64,000 nucleotides of DNA from Dehalococcoidia bacterium (GTDB lineage: Bacteria > Chloroflexota > Dehalococcoidia > Plut-88900), in the NCBI GenBank assembly GCA_965197645.1, contig OZ240219.1:1504001-1568000 (forward strand). Reading direction: 5' to 3'. Positions 37,626 to 47,726 of this stretch are shown here, one piece after another. The notes beneath the pieces are model-generated. The model searched no databases. It was given only the letters and a program-made list of their open reading frames with translations, and was not told the origin of the DNA. The translations under genes and the position numbers were made by a program. Position 1 is the first letter of the stretch, and every line of letters starts with the position of its first letter.

Positions 37626-38963
37626 ATGTATGAAGACACCATCGCGGCCATAGCTACGCCCATAGGCGAGGGCGGGATCGGGGTGATACGGGTCAGCGGC
37701 GCCCAGGCAAAGGAGATAGTGGGCGGCGTGTTCACCAGGGAGCTTCGGCACCGGCGGCTGTCACACGGCCATATCAAAGACCCCGCCGACGACTCGCTGG
37801 CTGATGAGGTGATGGTTGCTTACATGCGGGCCCCCAACAGCTATACGCGGGAGGACGTGGTCGAGATCTACGGGCACGGCGGCCCCATGCCGCTGCAGCG
37901 GGTGCTAAAGGTCCTGGTTTCCGGCGGCGCTCGTCCCGCCAATCCCGGCGAGTTTACCCTTCGTGCCTTCCTGAACGGCCGGATAGACCTAGCCCAGGCG
38001 GAATCGGTGCTGGACGTGATCCAGGCGAAGACCGACGCCGGACTGCGGGTGGCGATGGCCGGATTGCAGGGCAGGCTGTCGGGACCTCTCAAGGAGATCC
38101 GGGGCGAGCTGATGGACGTGCTGGCCTATCTGACCGCCAGGATCGATTTCCCCGAGGACGACGTGGAAGCGCACGACGTACTCCCCGCCCTTGGAGAGGC
38201 GAAAGAGAAGCTTTTCCGGCTTATCGATTCGGCGGACGCGGGCATAGTGCTGAGGCAAGGGGTGAGGACGGCGATAGTGGGCCGGCCAAACGTGGGAAAA
38301 TCCAGCCTGCTGAACCGGCTGCTGGGTCAGAGCCGGGCCCTGGTGACCCCTATTCCGGGCACAACCAGGGATACCGTCGAGGAGGTGGTCAACATCCGCG
38401 GCATACCCTTCCTCCTGGTGGACACGGCGGGCATAAACGACACCGCAGACGTGGTTGAGAAACTGGGGATAGAACGGACGAAGGACTCGGTTGCCAGGGC
38501 CGACTTGGTGTTGCTGGTTATCGATCAGAGCGAACCACTGACCCGGGCCGATTCAGAGGTTATCGAGCAGATAAGCGATAAGTCGGTTGTGGCAGTGGCC
38601 AACAAGTGCGATCTTCCAACCCGAGCCGCCCTCGATAGCCTGGCCATGGGCTACACCGAGACTTCGATGCTCGCCGGAGAGGGGATAGAGGAGCTGGAGG
38701 ATAGGATGGTGAGCCAGGTGATGGGAGGCAGGGCGGTGACCTCCGATGCTCCCCTGGTTAGCAACCCTCGTCACAAGGCCGCCCTGGAGAGGGCCGGGAC
38801 CCATCTGGATGCAGCCGAGGAGAGCGTGTCGAAGGGGATGGCCGAGGATTTCGTGACCATCGATCTGACGGCAGCACTAAACGCGTTGGGTGAGATTACG
38901 GGCGAAACCGTCACCGAAGAGCTCCTGGACACGATATTCAGCAAGTACTGCATCGGAAAGTAG
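37626..38963 (+). CDS. mnmE: tRNA modification GTPase MnmE (TrmE)
   Basis: DTIAAIATP, GEFTLRAFLNGRIDL, GRPNVGKSS, C-terminal YCIGK. Confidence 0.97.
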   Translation: MYEDTIAAIATPIGEGGIGVIRVSGAQAKEIVGGVFTRELRHRRLSHGHIKDPADDSLADEVMVAYMRAPNSYTREDVVEIYGHGGPMPLQRVLKVLVSGGARPANPGEFTLRAFLNGRIDLAQAESVLDVIQAKTDAGLRVAMAGLQGRLSGPLKEIRGELMDVLAYLTARIDFPEDDVEAHDVLPALGEAKEKLFRLIDSADAGIVLRQGVRTAIVGRPNVGKSSLLNRLLGQSRALVTPIPGTTRDTVEEVVNIRGIPFLLVDTAGINDTADVVEKLGIERTKDSVARADLVLLVIDQSEPLTRADSEVIEQISDKSVVAVANKCDLPTRAALDSLAMGYTETSMLAGEGIEELEDRMVSQVMGGRAVTSDAPLVSNPRHKAALERAGTHLDAAEESVSKGMAEDFVTIDLTAALNALGEITGETVTEELLDTIFSKYCIGK

Positions 38964-38981
38964 GCCGGCTTGACCCTGGAA

Positions 38982-39015
38982 AAGAGAAACGCCCCGATTC
39001 AATCGGGGCGCTCTT
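38982..39015. terminator. Probable bidirectional terminator between mnmE and the tRNA cluster
   Basis: CGCCCCGATT-C-AATCGGGGCG flanked by AAGAG/CTCTT. Confidence 0.7.
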
Positions 39016-39022
39016 GGTTTGC

Positions 39023-39097
39023 TGGAGGCGACGGGCGGATTCGAACCGCCGATAGAGGTTTTGCAGACCCCCGCCTTAACCACTTGGCTACGTCGCC
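39023..39097 (-). tRNA. tRNA-Cys(GCA)
   Basis: Reverse complement GGCGACGTAGCCAAGTGG...CTGCAAA...GTTCGAATC...CCA. Confidence 0.95.
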
Positions 39098-39172
39098 TGG
39101 AGCGGAAGACCGGATTCGAACCGGCGACCCTCTCCTTGGCAAGGAGATGCTCTACCACTGAGCCACTTCCGC
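39098..39172 (-). tRNA. tRNA-Gly(GCC)
   Basis: Reverse complement GCGGAAGTGGCTCAGTGGTAGAGC...TTGCCAA...CCA. Confidence 0.95.
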
Positions 39173-39201
39173 GTATGTTACGTTGGGCCTTTATGGTCGG
39201 T

Positions 39202-39288
39202 TGGTGCCGAGGAGGAGATTTGAACTCCTACGAGCTTTCGCTCACTGCCCCCTCAAGACAGCGTGTCTACCGATTCCACCACCTCGGC
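39202..39288 (-). tRNA. tRNA-Leu(GAG)
   Basis: Reverse complement GCCGAGGTGGTGGAATCGGTAGAC...TTGAGGG..., long variable arm, CCA. Confidence 0.95.
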
Positions 39289-39346
39289 CCGGTTGTGCTG
39301 AAGCTTCGCTCCTGTCTTGGTAAGGTTGCTTATATCCCGGGATGGC

Positions 39347-39422
39347 TGGCAGGAGTGGGAGGATTCGAACCCCCGACCTGCGGTTTTGGAGACCGCTGCT
39401 CTTCCATCTGAGCTACACTCCT
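39347..39422 (-). tRNA. tRNA-Trp(CCA)
   Basis: Reverse complement AGGAGTGTAGCTCAG...CTCCAAA...GTTCGAATC...CCA. Confidence 0.95.
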
Positions 39423-39496
39423 GTACGGCCTCAGGTACGGATAGATTCTATCACGAGGCCACAAATCGGGTCAATTACAGTTCCGATTAGCTGCGC

Positions 39497-40735
39497 TCAG
39501 TCAACCACCTCGGCCAGGGTCAGCGTGACCTCGTACAGGACCTCCAGACCCGGCGCTATATCCTCCCAGTTCGTAAGCTCGTCAGGCGAGTGGCTCTTTC
39601 CGTCCACGCTGGGCACGAAGATCATTCCTGCATCGGCTATCCGGGCCATGTGAGAGGTGTCGTGTACGGCGCGGCTTTGGATATCGGTAGCCTGGAGGCC
39701 GAGATGGGAGCAAGCCTGCGAGATGGCGTCCTTGACCGTCGTGGACATATCGACGGCCGGGACGTACTCCGTGTCCACCACACTGCATTCCACCTCCCGC
39801 TCCTCTGCGATGCTATGAATGGCCCTTTTGGTCTCCTCGATGGCCGATTCCAGGGTTGAAACGGAGGTATCCCTGATGTCCAGGGTGAAGGTCACCAGGC
39901 CCGGCACTATGTTGGTCGCGCCCGGTTGGACGTCCATATAACCCACCGTGGCTACCAGCGACTCTGCCGGATCCGAACGACCGATACGCTCTACTTCCTG
40001 GACCATCTGAGATGCGGCCACCAGGGCGTCGGTGCGGCGGTTCATCGGCGTGGCGCCGGCGTGGTCCGCCTTGCCGACCACGGTAACCAGCCCGTGGTAT
40101 GAGCCGGTTATGGCCTGGACTATGCCGATGGGGACCCCGATTTCGTCGAGGAGGGCGCTCTGCTCGACGTGGAGCTCCACGAAGGACTTTACCTCGCTGG
40201 GCTTCATTGGCAGGTTCTCGGAAGACCCGTCGATGTCGATGGCTGTAAGGGCCTCTTTGACCGTGACGCCGTTCTGATCGGTGAGCTTGTAAAGCTCCTC
40301 GATGGGCCAGGCGCCGGTTAGGGCGGCACTGCCCATGGTGCCCTTCTTGAACCTGACCCCCTCTTCGTCGGTGAAGGCCACCACCTCTATGGGATGCCTG
40401 GTCTTGACGTTGTTGTCGTCGAGGCTTCGGACTATCTCCAGGGCGCCCATCACCCCGGTGGGGCCGTCGTAGTCCCCGCCGTTGGGCACACTATCGATGT
40501 GGGACCCCATCATAACCAAGGGCAGGGTGGGGTCCTGGCCCTCCCTTCGGCCTCGGATGTTGCCTATGGCGTCGACCTTCACGGAGAGGCCCAGCTGCTT
40601 CATGATGCTGATGACCAGGTTGCGGCCCTCGATGTCGGCGGGGGTCAGCGAGAACCTGGCGACGCCGCCTTCGGGAATCCTGCCGATCTGGGCCAATGCC
40701 TCCATATCCATCCTGAACCGGTCTACTTTGGGCAT
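39497..40735 (-). CDS. M20-family Zn amidohydrolase (allantoate amidohydrolase/N-carbamoyl-amino-acid hydrolase-like)
   Basis: GSHIDSVPNGG.YDG, DEEGVRF, ELHVEQ, HAGATPM, SHSPDE. Confidence 0.9.
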   Translation of the reverse strand: MPKVDRFRMDMEALAQIGRIPEGGVARFSLTPADIEGRNLVISIMKQLGLSVKVDAIGNIRGRREGQDPTLPLVMMGSHIDSVPNGGDYDGPTGVMGALEIVRSLDDNNVKTRHPIEVVAFTDEEGVRFKKGTMGSAALTGAWPIEELYKLTDQNGVTVKEALTAIDIDGSSENLPMKPSEVKSFVELHVEQSALLDEIGVPIGIVQAITGSYHGLVTVVGKADHAGATPMNRRTDALVAASQMVQEVERIGRSDPAESLVATVGYMDVQPGATNIVPGLVTFTLDIRDTSVSTLESAIEETKRAIHSIAEEREVECSVVDTEYVPAVDMSTTVKDAISQACSHLGLQATDIQSRAVHDTSHMARIADAGMIFVPSVDGKSHSPDELTNWEDIAPGLEVLYEVTLTLAEVVD

Positions 40736-40753
40736 TAGGGTATCTCCGAACCG

Positions 40754-42433
40754 CTAAAGGTTTTCCTCTATCACCACGTCTACAAGGGCCGGCTTACCCA
40801 GGTTGATGGCCCGCTCGAGGGCTGGCTTGAGGTCGTCGGGGCTGCGCACCTGCTCGCCGTGCATGCCGAAGTCCTGGGCTAACTTTGCGAAATCGATGGG
40901 CGGGTCGAACAGGTCCATCGAGTGCAGGCGGGGTTTCACATCGGAGCCCATCACCCGCATGGCGTTGACCTTCAGTATCTTGTACGTGGCGTTGTTGAAG
41001 ATGACGAGGACTACGGGGATATCGTGATGGGCCGCCGTCCATAGGCCCTGTATCGAGTACATGGCGTTGCCATCGCCCACCAGACCCACTACGGGCCTGT
41101 CCGGCCGGGCCAGTTTGACGCCCAAGGCTTTGGGGAGCGAGTCGCCCAGGGAGCCGTCATTATCCTGAAAGGCTAGATAGGCGGTGGGATCATCCAAATC
41201 CAGGTAGTTCCGAAGGGCGACCGAGGAGGTGACAGCGCCATCTACGATGATGGTGTCCGGCAGGAGGGTCTCACGGAGGTCCAGTGCCAGCCTGTTGAGG
41301 GCGATAGGCTCCTGGTCCCAGTTCTCCTGGGAGCGCTCCCACAGCACCTCTCGGCGTTTGCGGTTGGCATCTCCGATAGCTTTGGCGCGCTTTTCGGCGG
41401 CGCTTCTGGCCGCCGGGGTCATCCGGGAATCCACGGCGTTGAACAGCTCTCGGAGGGAGACCTTGATATCGCCCAGGACACCCACGTCTGTGGACTGGTT
41501 CTTGCCTATCTCCCAGGGATCGGTATCCAGGTGGACGATTTTGGTGCTGGGGCTAATCACAGGCTCGGGCAGGTGGAACAGCTGGGAGACGAAGTTGGCG
41601 CCGACGACCAGCATCACGTCAACGTCTTCGATAGTCCCCGGAGAGCTGGTCAGATCGGTCGCCATGCCGCCGTCGAAGAGCGGGTGGGCTGAGGGGAAGG
41701 AGGTCTCGGCCCTGATGTAGTTCTCGGTGACTCGAGCGCCTATCAGCTCTGCGATGCGTACCGTTTCCTCCAGAGCACCGCACCTCGACAGTCTGAATCC
41801 CAGGAACAGGGCGGGGCTATCGGCGCCGGCGAGGAGGTCGGCGGCGCGGTCTATCGCCTCCTTGTCGGGCCCGGTCATCGAGGGGACCCAGCTGGGCCGG
41901 CCAACTTCGATATCGTCCTCCTGCATGAGCACGTCCTGGGGAAGGGACACGAAGACGGGACCTTGGGGTTGCTGCGCCGCCATCTTGAAGGCCCGGTTCA
42001 TCACCAGGGGTATGTCGGCGGCGTGCTGCACCTCCACGCTCCACTTGGTGAAGGGCCTGGTCATGCTCACCATGTCGCCGGTGAGGCCCGGGTCCTTCTG
42101 TATCAGGCGGGTGTCCTGCTGGCCTGCGGTAACCACCATGTTCATATCGCCCAGGTTGGCGTTGTAGAGGGTGCTGAGCATGTTGGCCACGCCGGGCAGC
42201 GTGTGAACGTTGACGAATCCCGTCTTCCCCGATGCCCAGGCGTAACCCTCGGCCATGCCCGCCGCCACCGTTTCGTGGAGGGTAAGAATGTACTTCATCT
42301 TGGGGCGATCATACAGGGCGTCCATGAAGACCACCTCGGTGGATCCCGGGTTGCCGAAGACGTACTCCACATCGTGAGCTTCCAAGACCGTCATGAGGGC
42401 ATCGTTTCCCGACATCCGAGGCATTTTCACCAT
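40754..42433 (-). CDS. Thiamine-diphosphate enzyme, benzoylformate decarboxylase-like
   Basis: FGNPGSTE, LHE, GDGNAMY...FNN ThDP motif. Confidence 0.88.
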   Translation of the reverse strand: MVKMPRMSGNDALMTVLEAHDVEYVFGNPGSTEVVFMDALYDRPKMKYILTLHETVAAGMAEGYAWASGKTGFVNVHTLPGVANMLSTLYNANLGDMNMVVTAGQQDTRLIQKDPGLTGDMVSMTRPFTKWSVEVQHAADIPLVMNRAFKMAAQQPQGPVFVSLPQDVLMQEDDIEVGRPSWVPSMTGPDKEAIDRAADLLAGADSPALFLGFRLSRCGALEETVRIAELIGARVTENYIRAETSFPSAHPLFDGGMATDLTSSPGTIEDVDVMLVVGANFVSQLFHLPEPVISPSTKIVHLDTDPWEIGKNQSTDVGVLGDIKVSLRELFNAVDSRMTPAARSAAEKRAKAIGDANRKRREVLWERSQENWDQEPIALNRLALDLRETLLPDTIIVDGAVTSSVALRNYLDLDDPTAYLAFQDNDGSLGDSLPKALGVKLARPDRPVVGLVGDGNAMYSIQGLWTAAHHDIPVVLVIFNNATYKILKVNAMRVMGSDVKPRLHSMDLFDPPIDFAKLAQDFGMHGEQVRSPDDLKPALERAINLGKPALVDVVIEENL

Positions 42434-42515
42434 CCCAATTGGCTATGCGGCGCGGGGGTTTGGGGCAGCGCAAATGGTATCATAGGCCCCCGTTGAAAAC
42501 CATAAGAAAATAGGA

Positions 42516-42544
42516 TTGACTGGCTCTTACGGATACTCTACACT
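42516..42544 (+). promoter_or_regulatory. Sigma70 promoter upstream of the homocysteine methyltransferase gene
   Basis: TTGACT-N17-TACACT. Confidence 0.6.
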
Positions 42545-42657
42545 TGCGGCGAATTTTCGGGAGGGCGACCTATAAGCTCATCCGGGCCCGGTGGCTACCA
42601 TCACTGGTCCCGGGACTGCGATAGAAACTTCAAGTCGATCTGGGAGGGACTCGAAAC

Positions 42658-43650
42658 ATGGCCAAAGGGATCATGGAACGGTTGGCGGAGGGCGTAGTCC
42701 TGGGAGACGGGGGTTACATACAGGAGCTGGGCAAGCGGGGCGTGGTGCAGGAAGGCCCCTACACCCCGGAGGTGTGCATGCGCTATCCGGAGGCCGTCAA
42801 AGAGCTGCACTGGGAGTTCCTCAACTGCGGGTCAGAGGTGCTTCAGGCCATGGCGTTCTATGGCAGCCGGAGCCACCTGGAGTACGTCGGGCTCGGGGAC
42901 AGGGTGCGAGACGTGAACAGGGCCGCCGTAAGACTGGCACGGGAGGTGGCGGGAGACCAGGCGTTGGTGTCGGGCAACCTGAGCACAACATGGCGATACG
43001 ACGCTGACGATAAGGACGGCCACAAGGAGATCCGCCAGCAGTTCGATGAGCAGCTGGAGGAGCAGGTCGACGAGGGAGTCGACTTCGTAATTGCGGAGTT
43101 CATATTCGATTTGGGGGAGGCCCTGATCGCTCTGGAGAGTATCAAGAGTACGGGCCTGCCGGCCATGGTCACCCTGACCTTCGAGCGGCATCTCAGGACG
43201 AGGGACGGGTTCACCCCGGCCCAATGCGCTCGCAAGCTGGTGGCGGAGGGAGCGGACATAGTGGGGACCAACTGTGGCAGAGGGCCGGTGACGATCCTCC
43301 CCGTGGTACGCCACATGGCCGATGCGGTGGACGTGCCCATCGCAGTGCAGCCTTCGGCCTACCGGACGGGGAGGAAGTACGCCACCTTCTTCGAGTACCC
43401 GGGCTTCCCCGATGCCATGGAGCCTATGATAGGCACCCGGTTCGATATGGCGGATAGCGCTCGCGCCGCCGTAGAGATGGGGGCGAGCTACATCGGAGGC
43501 TGCTGCTCCACCGGTCCGGCCATGATCAGGCAGATGGGTCGGGCCGTTGGCAAAGTGGCCGAGGCTGATCGGAGCTGGGGGCTGGACTACGAGCGACCAA
43601 CCTCCATCACCGAGCACTACAAGCACACTCCAGGCATAAGGCAGGACTGA
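42658..43650 (+). CDS. Homocysteine S-methyltransferase family (BHMT-like)
   Basis: LGDGGY, VGTNC, YIGGCC Zn ligands. Confidence 0.88.
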   Translation: MAKGIMERLAEGVVLGDGGYIQELGKRGVVQEGPYTPEVCMRYPEAVKELHWEFLNCGSEVLQAMAFYGSRSHLEYVGLGDRVRDVNRAAVRLAREVAGDQALVSGNLSTTWRYDADDKDGHKEIRQQFDEQLEEQVDEGVDFVIAEFIFDLGEALIALESIKSTGLPAMVTLTFERHLRTRDGFTPAQCARKLVAEGADIVGTNCGRGPVTILPVVRHMADAVDVPIAVQPSAYRTGRKYATFFEYPGFPDAMEPMIGTRFDMADSARAAVEMGASYIGGCCSTGPAMIRQMGRAVGKVAEADRSWGLDYERPTSITEHYKHTPGIRQD

Positions 43651-43715
43651 CTCGCGGACTCAACCACCGTTGAGTATCGGAAAACTCAGCGACCGGTCTG
43701 GATGTGGAGGCTGAC

Positions 43716-44753
43716 CTAGGGGACCTGCAGCACCAGCTTGCCGAATACGTTCCGGTCCTGCATGGCCCGGTGGGCGTCGGCCGCAGCTTCTAGGGGAAAG
43801 GTCTGACTGATGACCCCTCTGATCTTCCCCTGCCGGACCAGCTTCATCACGTTGGCGAAATCGTTCTTGTTGCCCGTCGAGGCCCCGAAATAGGAGTGGC
43901 CTTGGCTGAACATGTGGCCGATTCTGATCGAGGCCCGGTGCCCGCTGGTTACACCGCAGTTCACCAGCCGGCCACCGGGTCGTAGAGACTTTACGTTCTC
44001 GTCCCATACGTCCGTGCCGACACTATCGAAGATGAGGTCTGCTCCCTTGCCGTTGGTCAGCTCGCGGACCCGTTTGCTGAATTTCGGCTCGTCGACGTAG
44101 TTGATCGTCTCGTCGGCTCCGATCTCCCTTGCTTTGGCCAGCTTCTCTTCGGTGCTCGCCGTGGTGATCACCCGGGCGCCCATCGTCTTGCAGAAGCGGA
44201 TTGCCGCGCTGCCCACGCCGCTCCCTGCAGCCATGATCAAGACATCTTCACCCGGTTTCATGTCGCACCTGGTCATGAGGCAGTGCCAGACCGTCTTGTA
44301 GACCAGGGGGATGGCGGCCGCTTCGTCGAAGGAGAGGGAACTGGGGATGACGTGGGCATTGACTGCCGGGATGGCGACGTACTCGGCGTATCCCCCGTTC
44401 ACGTTCACACCGATGCTCTTCGAATCGATGCAGAACTCGTCTCTTCCCGCGTGGCACGCCGAGCATTCGCCGCAACGGATGGTGTAATCGGCCAGTACTC
44501 TATCGCCTGGGGAAAATCCATCTACGTTGGAGCCTACCTCTGCGACCTCGCCGGCAAGATCACAACCCAGTACGTGAGGGAACCGATTGATCTTGACCCC
44601 GTTTCGTCCCGCCCGGGCAAACGTGTCCAGGTGGTTCAACGCCGTAGCTCTGACCCGGACTAGCAGATCGTCGGGGCCTATGGTGGGCTCGGGAAGATCG
44701 CCGTAGGTCAGGACTTCGATGTCGCCCTGTTCTTCGATGTAGTTTGCTTTCAT
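43716..44753 (-). CDS. MDR-family Zn-binding dehydrogenase/quinone reductase
   Basis: ALNHLD, CGECSAC...C structural Zn site, AAGSGVG, FGKLVL. Confidence 0.88.
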   Translation of the reverse strand: MKANYIEEQGDIEVLTYGDLPEPTIGPDDLLVRVRATALNHLDTFARAGRNGVKINRFPHVLGCDLAGEVAEVGSNVDGFSPGDRVLADYTIRCGECSACHAGRDEFCIDSKSIGVNVNGGYAEYVAIPAVNAHVIPSSLSFDEAAAIPLVYKTVWHCLMTRCDMKPGEDVLIMAAGSGVGSAAIRFCKTMGARVITTASTEEKLAKAREIGADETINYVDEPKFSKRVRELTNGKGADLIFDSVGTDVWDENVKSLRPGGRLVNCGVTSGHRASIRIGHMFSQGHSYFGASTGNKNDFANVMKLVRQGKIRGVISQTFPLEAAADAHRAMQDRNVFGKLVLQVP

Positions 44754-44979
44754 AGAGTCACCCTCGTTCGGTGGAAGAGCGCCCGATTATATCATGGGTC
44801 CGGCCAATCGAAGGCGCTCGGGGTGCCTCTATATGGTTCACTATGAGCTAATTCTCGGGGTTGACGATATCGACCGGGGGTAGGTAAAGTTAAAGCACAG
44901 AATCGCCTCTGTTGAGACCGAGTTGACGTAGCAGTGAACGCCCCTTTGGGCCGAATCAAAGACCAAGCAGGAGGACTAA

Positions 44980-45150
44980 ATGGCCACCGTTACCGTAGCA
45001 CCTAACTCCAGTGCTAAGCTTACGCTCAAGCCCATGCCGTTGATGCCCGGCATGCCGTTTACTTTTCATAACGCATCTAATGTTCAGATAACCATCACTG
45101 CTCAGGGCAAAGACGTCCAGATCAAGGAAACTGCCGCCGGCGGCAGCTGA
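44980..45150 (+). CDS. Small hypothetical protein, 56 aa (absent from ORF track)
   Basis: AGGAGG SD, ATG 44980 to TGA 45150; upstream TTGACG-N18-TAAAGT at 44861-44890. Confidence 0.65.
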   Translation: MATVTVAPNSSAKLTLKPMPLMPGMPFTFHNASNVQITITAQGKDVQIKETAAGGS

Positions 45151-45222
45151 ACGTATTCTTGACAGCTTTCGCACCTCGCTGATAGTATCGATTCGTGACA
45201 ACCTGCTCCGCTGTCTTCTAGC

Positions 45223-45299
45223 GGCCCCGTGGTGTAGCGGACTAACATGCCACCCTGTCACGGTGGAGATCGCCGGTTCGAATCCGGTCGGGGTCGCCA
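45223..45299 (+). tRNA. tRNA-Asp(GTC)
   Basis: GGCCCCGTGGTGTAGCGG...CTGTCAC...GTTCGAATC...CCA; promoter TTGACA-N18-TAGTAT at 45159-45188. Confidence 0.95.
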
Positions 45300-45524
45300 G
45301 CATTTCGATAGCCAGAGCCGATGCCCATCCAGTCGTAAAGCCCCTTGGTCGTATCGGGACGGCTCAGGCTCCATCGTCCTCTTCCATACCTCGTTTCGAC
45401 TCCGCCGGGACAATTGAGAATCCCGGAAGAACGGCCGGTTGATTCGACACACGGTCCATGGCGTCCCATCCAAACGCGCCTTAACCTTCCCGTAAATCGC
45501 AAGATATGTTGCTCGGAGGCAGTT

Positions 45525-46562
45525 ATGAAGTTGGACTTTAGCATCGGCTTGGGCCGCAACGAGTCGGTCCACGAGATCGGAGAGTACGCAAGGGCGGCGG
45601 AGGACAGCGGGTTCAAGCAGCTGACTCTCATAGACATGCCCTTCGTCGGCCGGGACGTGCATGCCATGATGCTCCTCTCCGCTCAGAGCACCGAGAAAAT
45701 CCTCATTGGTCATGGAGTGACCACCCCGACAACCTTCCACCCGATGTCGATAGCCAACGCCACCGCCAGCATAAACGAGCTATCCGGGGGCCGTGTCTTC
45801 GTTGGATTGGGAGCAGGGGGGCCTTTCGATACTGTGCTCAAGCGACCTGCGCCCGTCAAGGAGGTCCGGGAAGTCGTACAGTTCATTCGTAAGTTCATGG
45901 CGGGTGAAGAGGCGGAATATAGGGGAACGAAAGCCCACTCGGAATGGGTTCGGGACCCAGTGCCTATCTATCTGGCCGCCGAGGGCCCGAAGATGTTGCA
46001 GCTGGCCGGCGAGATCGCCGACGGCGTAATCTCCATCGGCACCAATCCGGAGTGGGTCAGGTGGAAGATGGCGCAAGTAGAGAAGGGGGCTCTCAGGGCC
46101 GGCAGGGACCCCTCGGAGGTGGAGTTCTGGGTCCGCACCATGATCTACGTTGCCGATTCCAAGGAGGAGGCCCGGCACGAGGTCTCTCCTTATCCCTTGG
46201 CCTATGGCCACCTTCATAGGTTTCTAGAGCGGGATACACCGGAGGCTAATGACCTGCGTACAGGACTGGAGCGGGCCTATCCGGGTCTGGCCGAAGACCT
46301 TATCTCCGATTCAAAACGGGTCGCCAGTGCTTACGAGCCCTACGGGGTCGAGCGTCTCGATGCGCCGTGGGCGAAATATGTAACGGCTTCTCTAATCGAT
46401 TACTTTCATCTGACCGGTAGACCAGAGGAGATCAATGAGCGGATCGCCGTTCTGGGGGAGATGGGGGTGAATAACATCTCCACGGTGATGTTTACGATCC
46501 TGGACAAAATGGGAATGATGCGGGCAATAAGCGAAGAGATCATGCCTCACTTCCAGAGCTAG
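45525..46562 (+). CDS. LLM-class flavin/F420-dependent oxidoreductase (Mer-like)
   Basis: ELSGGRVFVGLGAG, PIYLAAEGPKMLQLAGEIADG; ATG after GGAGG. Confidence 0.88.
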   Translation: MKLDFSIGLGRNESVHEIGEYARAAEDSGFKQLTLIDMPFVGRDVHAMMLLSAQSTEKILIGHGVTTPTTFHPMSIANATASINELSGGRVFVGLGAGGPFDTVLKRPAPVKEVREVVQFIRKFMAGEEAEYRGTKAHSEWVRDPVPIYLAAEGPKMLQLAGEIADGVISIGTNPEWVRWKMAQVEKGALRAGRDPSEVEFWVRTMIYVADSKEEARHEVSPYPLAYGHLHRFLERDTPEANDLRTGLERAYPGLAEDLISDSKRVASAYEPYGVERLDAPWAKYVTASLIDYFHLTGRPEEINERIAVLGEMGVNNISTVMFTILDKMGMMRAISEEIMPHFQS

Positions 46563-46568
46563 GAGGAG

Positions 46569-46627
46569 GTATCTGAGGGACACCCTCAGACTCCCGGCAA
46601 AGGGGCTTCGCCCCTCTGCACACCCCA
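46569..46627 (+). repeat. REP-like two-hairpin repeat, short form
   Basis: Near-identical to 31173-31231. Confidence 0.85.
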
Positions 46628-46694
46628 TGTTTCATCAACCTGCCAGGACTGTTCCCAGAGACCCCTCTACCCGCTGGGGCCCATTTGCGTTTTC

Positions 46695-47726
46695 TTACTC
46701 CGATACGGGCAAGAAGACTTTTCTCAACGGGACTAAGGAACGAGACTCTGAATCGAGGGTTTCGTAATAATCCACCAGCAGCTCCCGAAGGTCGGACATG
46801 GTGACAAGGCTCAGAGGAATAGAGGAGCGCTCGGCCTCGTAACGGGCTTCCGTTGTGAATCCACCGGTACTGACGTACAGGCAACGATCGCCTGGTTGGC
46901 GGCCTCCGAGGAAGGAGCGAATCAATGGAGCGCCTACAGTACCGGAACGGTGTTTGACTTCGACAAAAATACGCGGCTCGACTAGGCCCAAGCCATCTTG
47001 CGATGCGAAAACATCAACACCGCGGTCGGGACCAGGTTGGGACACCCTGGTCCGGTAACCCATGCCGCGCATAATTCCGGCGACAAGCTCTTGAAGCTGT
47101 TGCGCATCCAGTGAAGCGATCTTGTCTTCGACGAATTGTTCGGATTTGGAGATATAGTCCTCGAAGATATCTACGGCATCCAGTTGATCTAATGCAAACG
47201 ACAAATCCTCGTCGCTGGGGCTCTCGGGTTCCTCCTCTGGGACGTCTCGTTGCAACTCATCAGCCGCTTCCGTCGATACCCGGAAGAAAGTCGCAAGACT
47301 GCCCAGACTATTTCGGGTACCTGCCGATAGATCATCTCGAAGGCGGGTGCCTGTCCAGTCGGCCTTACGAACAAATTCTAGGCGTTCTTGATCGTCGACC
47401 ATGCGGGCTTCCAATTCCGCTTGCGATCGGATGATCCCTATGTGGTAAAGGCGGGTGCCGGGGTCGTAAGTGACAACGGCGTCACCCTCCTCGACTTCCC
47501 GCAGGAACCTCTTGACTTGAGCAGCCCAGGTTGCCCGTGTTCGAGGTTTTTCATCAAACCATATTTCATCGAAGCGGCGTTTGATCTCAACGTCTGGAAG
47601 AGTAGATTCTATTTCTCCCGCCTCACCCCATCCAATCGCAGCAACTCCCTTTTCGAGAAAATGTTCAATATAGATGCCGTTGGCCCCAGCCCGGACAACC
47701 CATACTTTTGCACTTGGTGAATCCAC
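46695..47726 (-). CDS. mrr: Mrr-family (type IV) restriction endonuclease
   Basis: WVVRAG N-domain; GPDRGVD..A, FVEVKHR, LYVSTGGFT..A.YEA; lower GC. Confidence 0.85.
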   Translation of the reverse strand: MDSPSAKVWVVRAGANGIYIEHFLEKGVAAIGWGEAGEIESTLPDVEIKRRFDEIWFDEKPRTRATWAAQVKRFLREVEEGDAVVTYDPGTRLYHIGIIRSQAELEARMVDDQERLEFVRKADWTGTRLRDDLSAGTRNSLGSLATFFRVSTEAADELQRDVPEEEPESPSDEDLSFALDQLDAVDIFEDYISKSEQFVEDKIASLDAQQLQELVAGIMRGMGYRTRVSQPGPDRGVDVFASQDGLGLVEPRIFVEVKHRSGTVGAPLIRSFLGGRQPGDRCLYVSTGGFTTEARYEAERSSIPLSLVTMSDLRELLVDYYETLDSESRSLVPLRKVFLPVSE

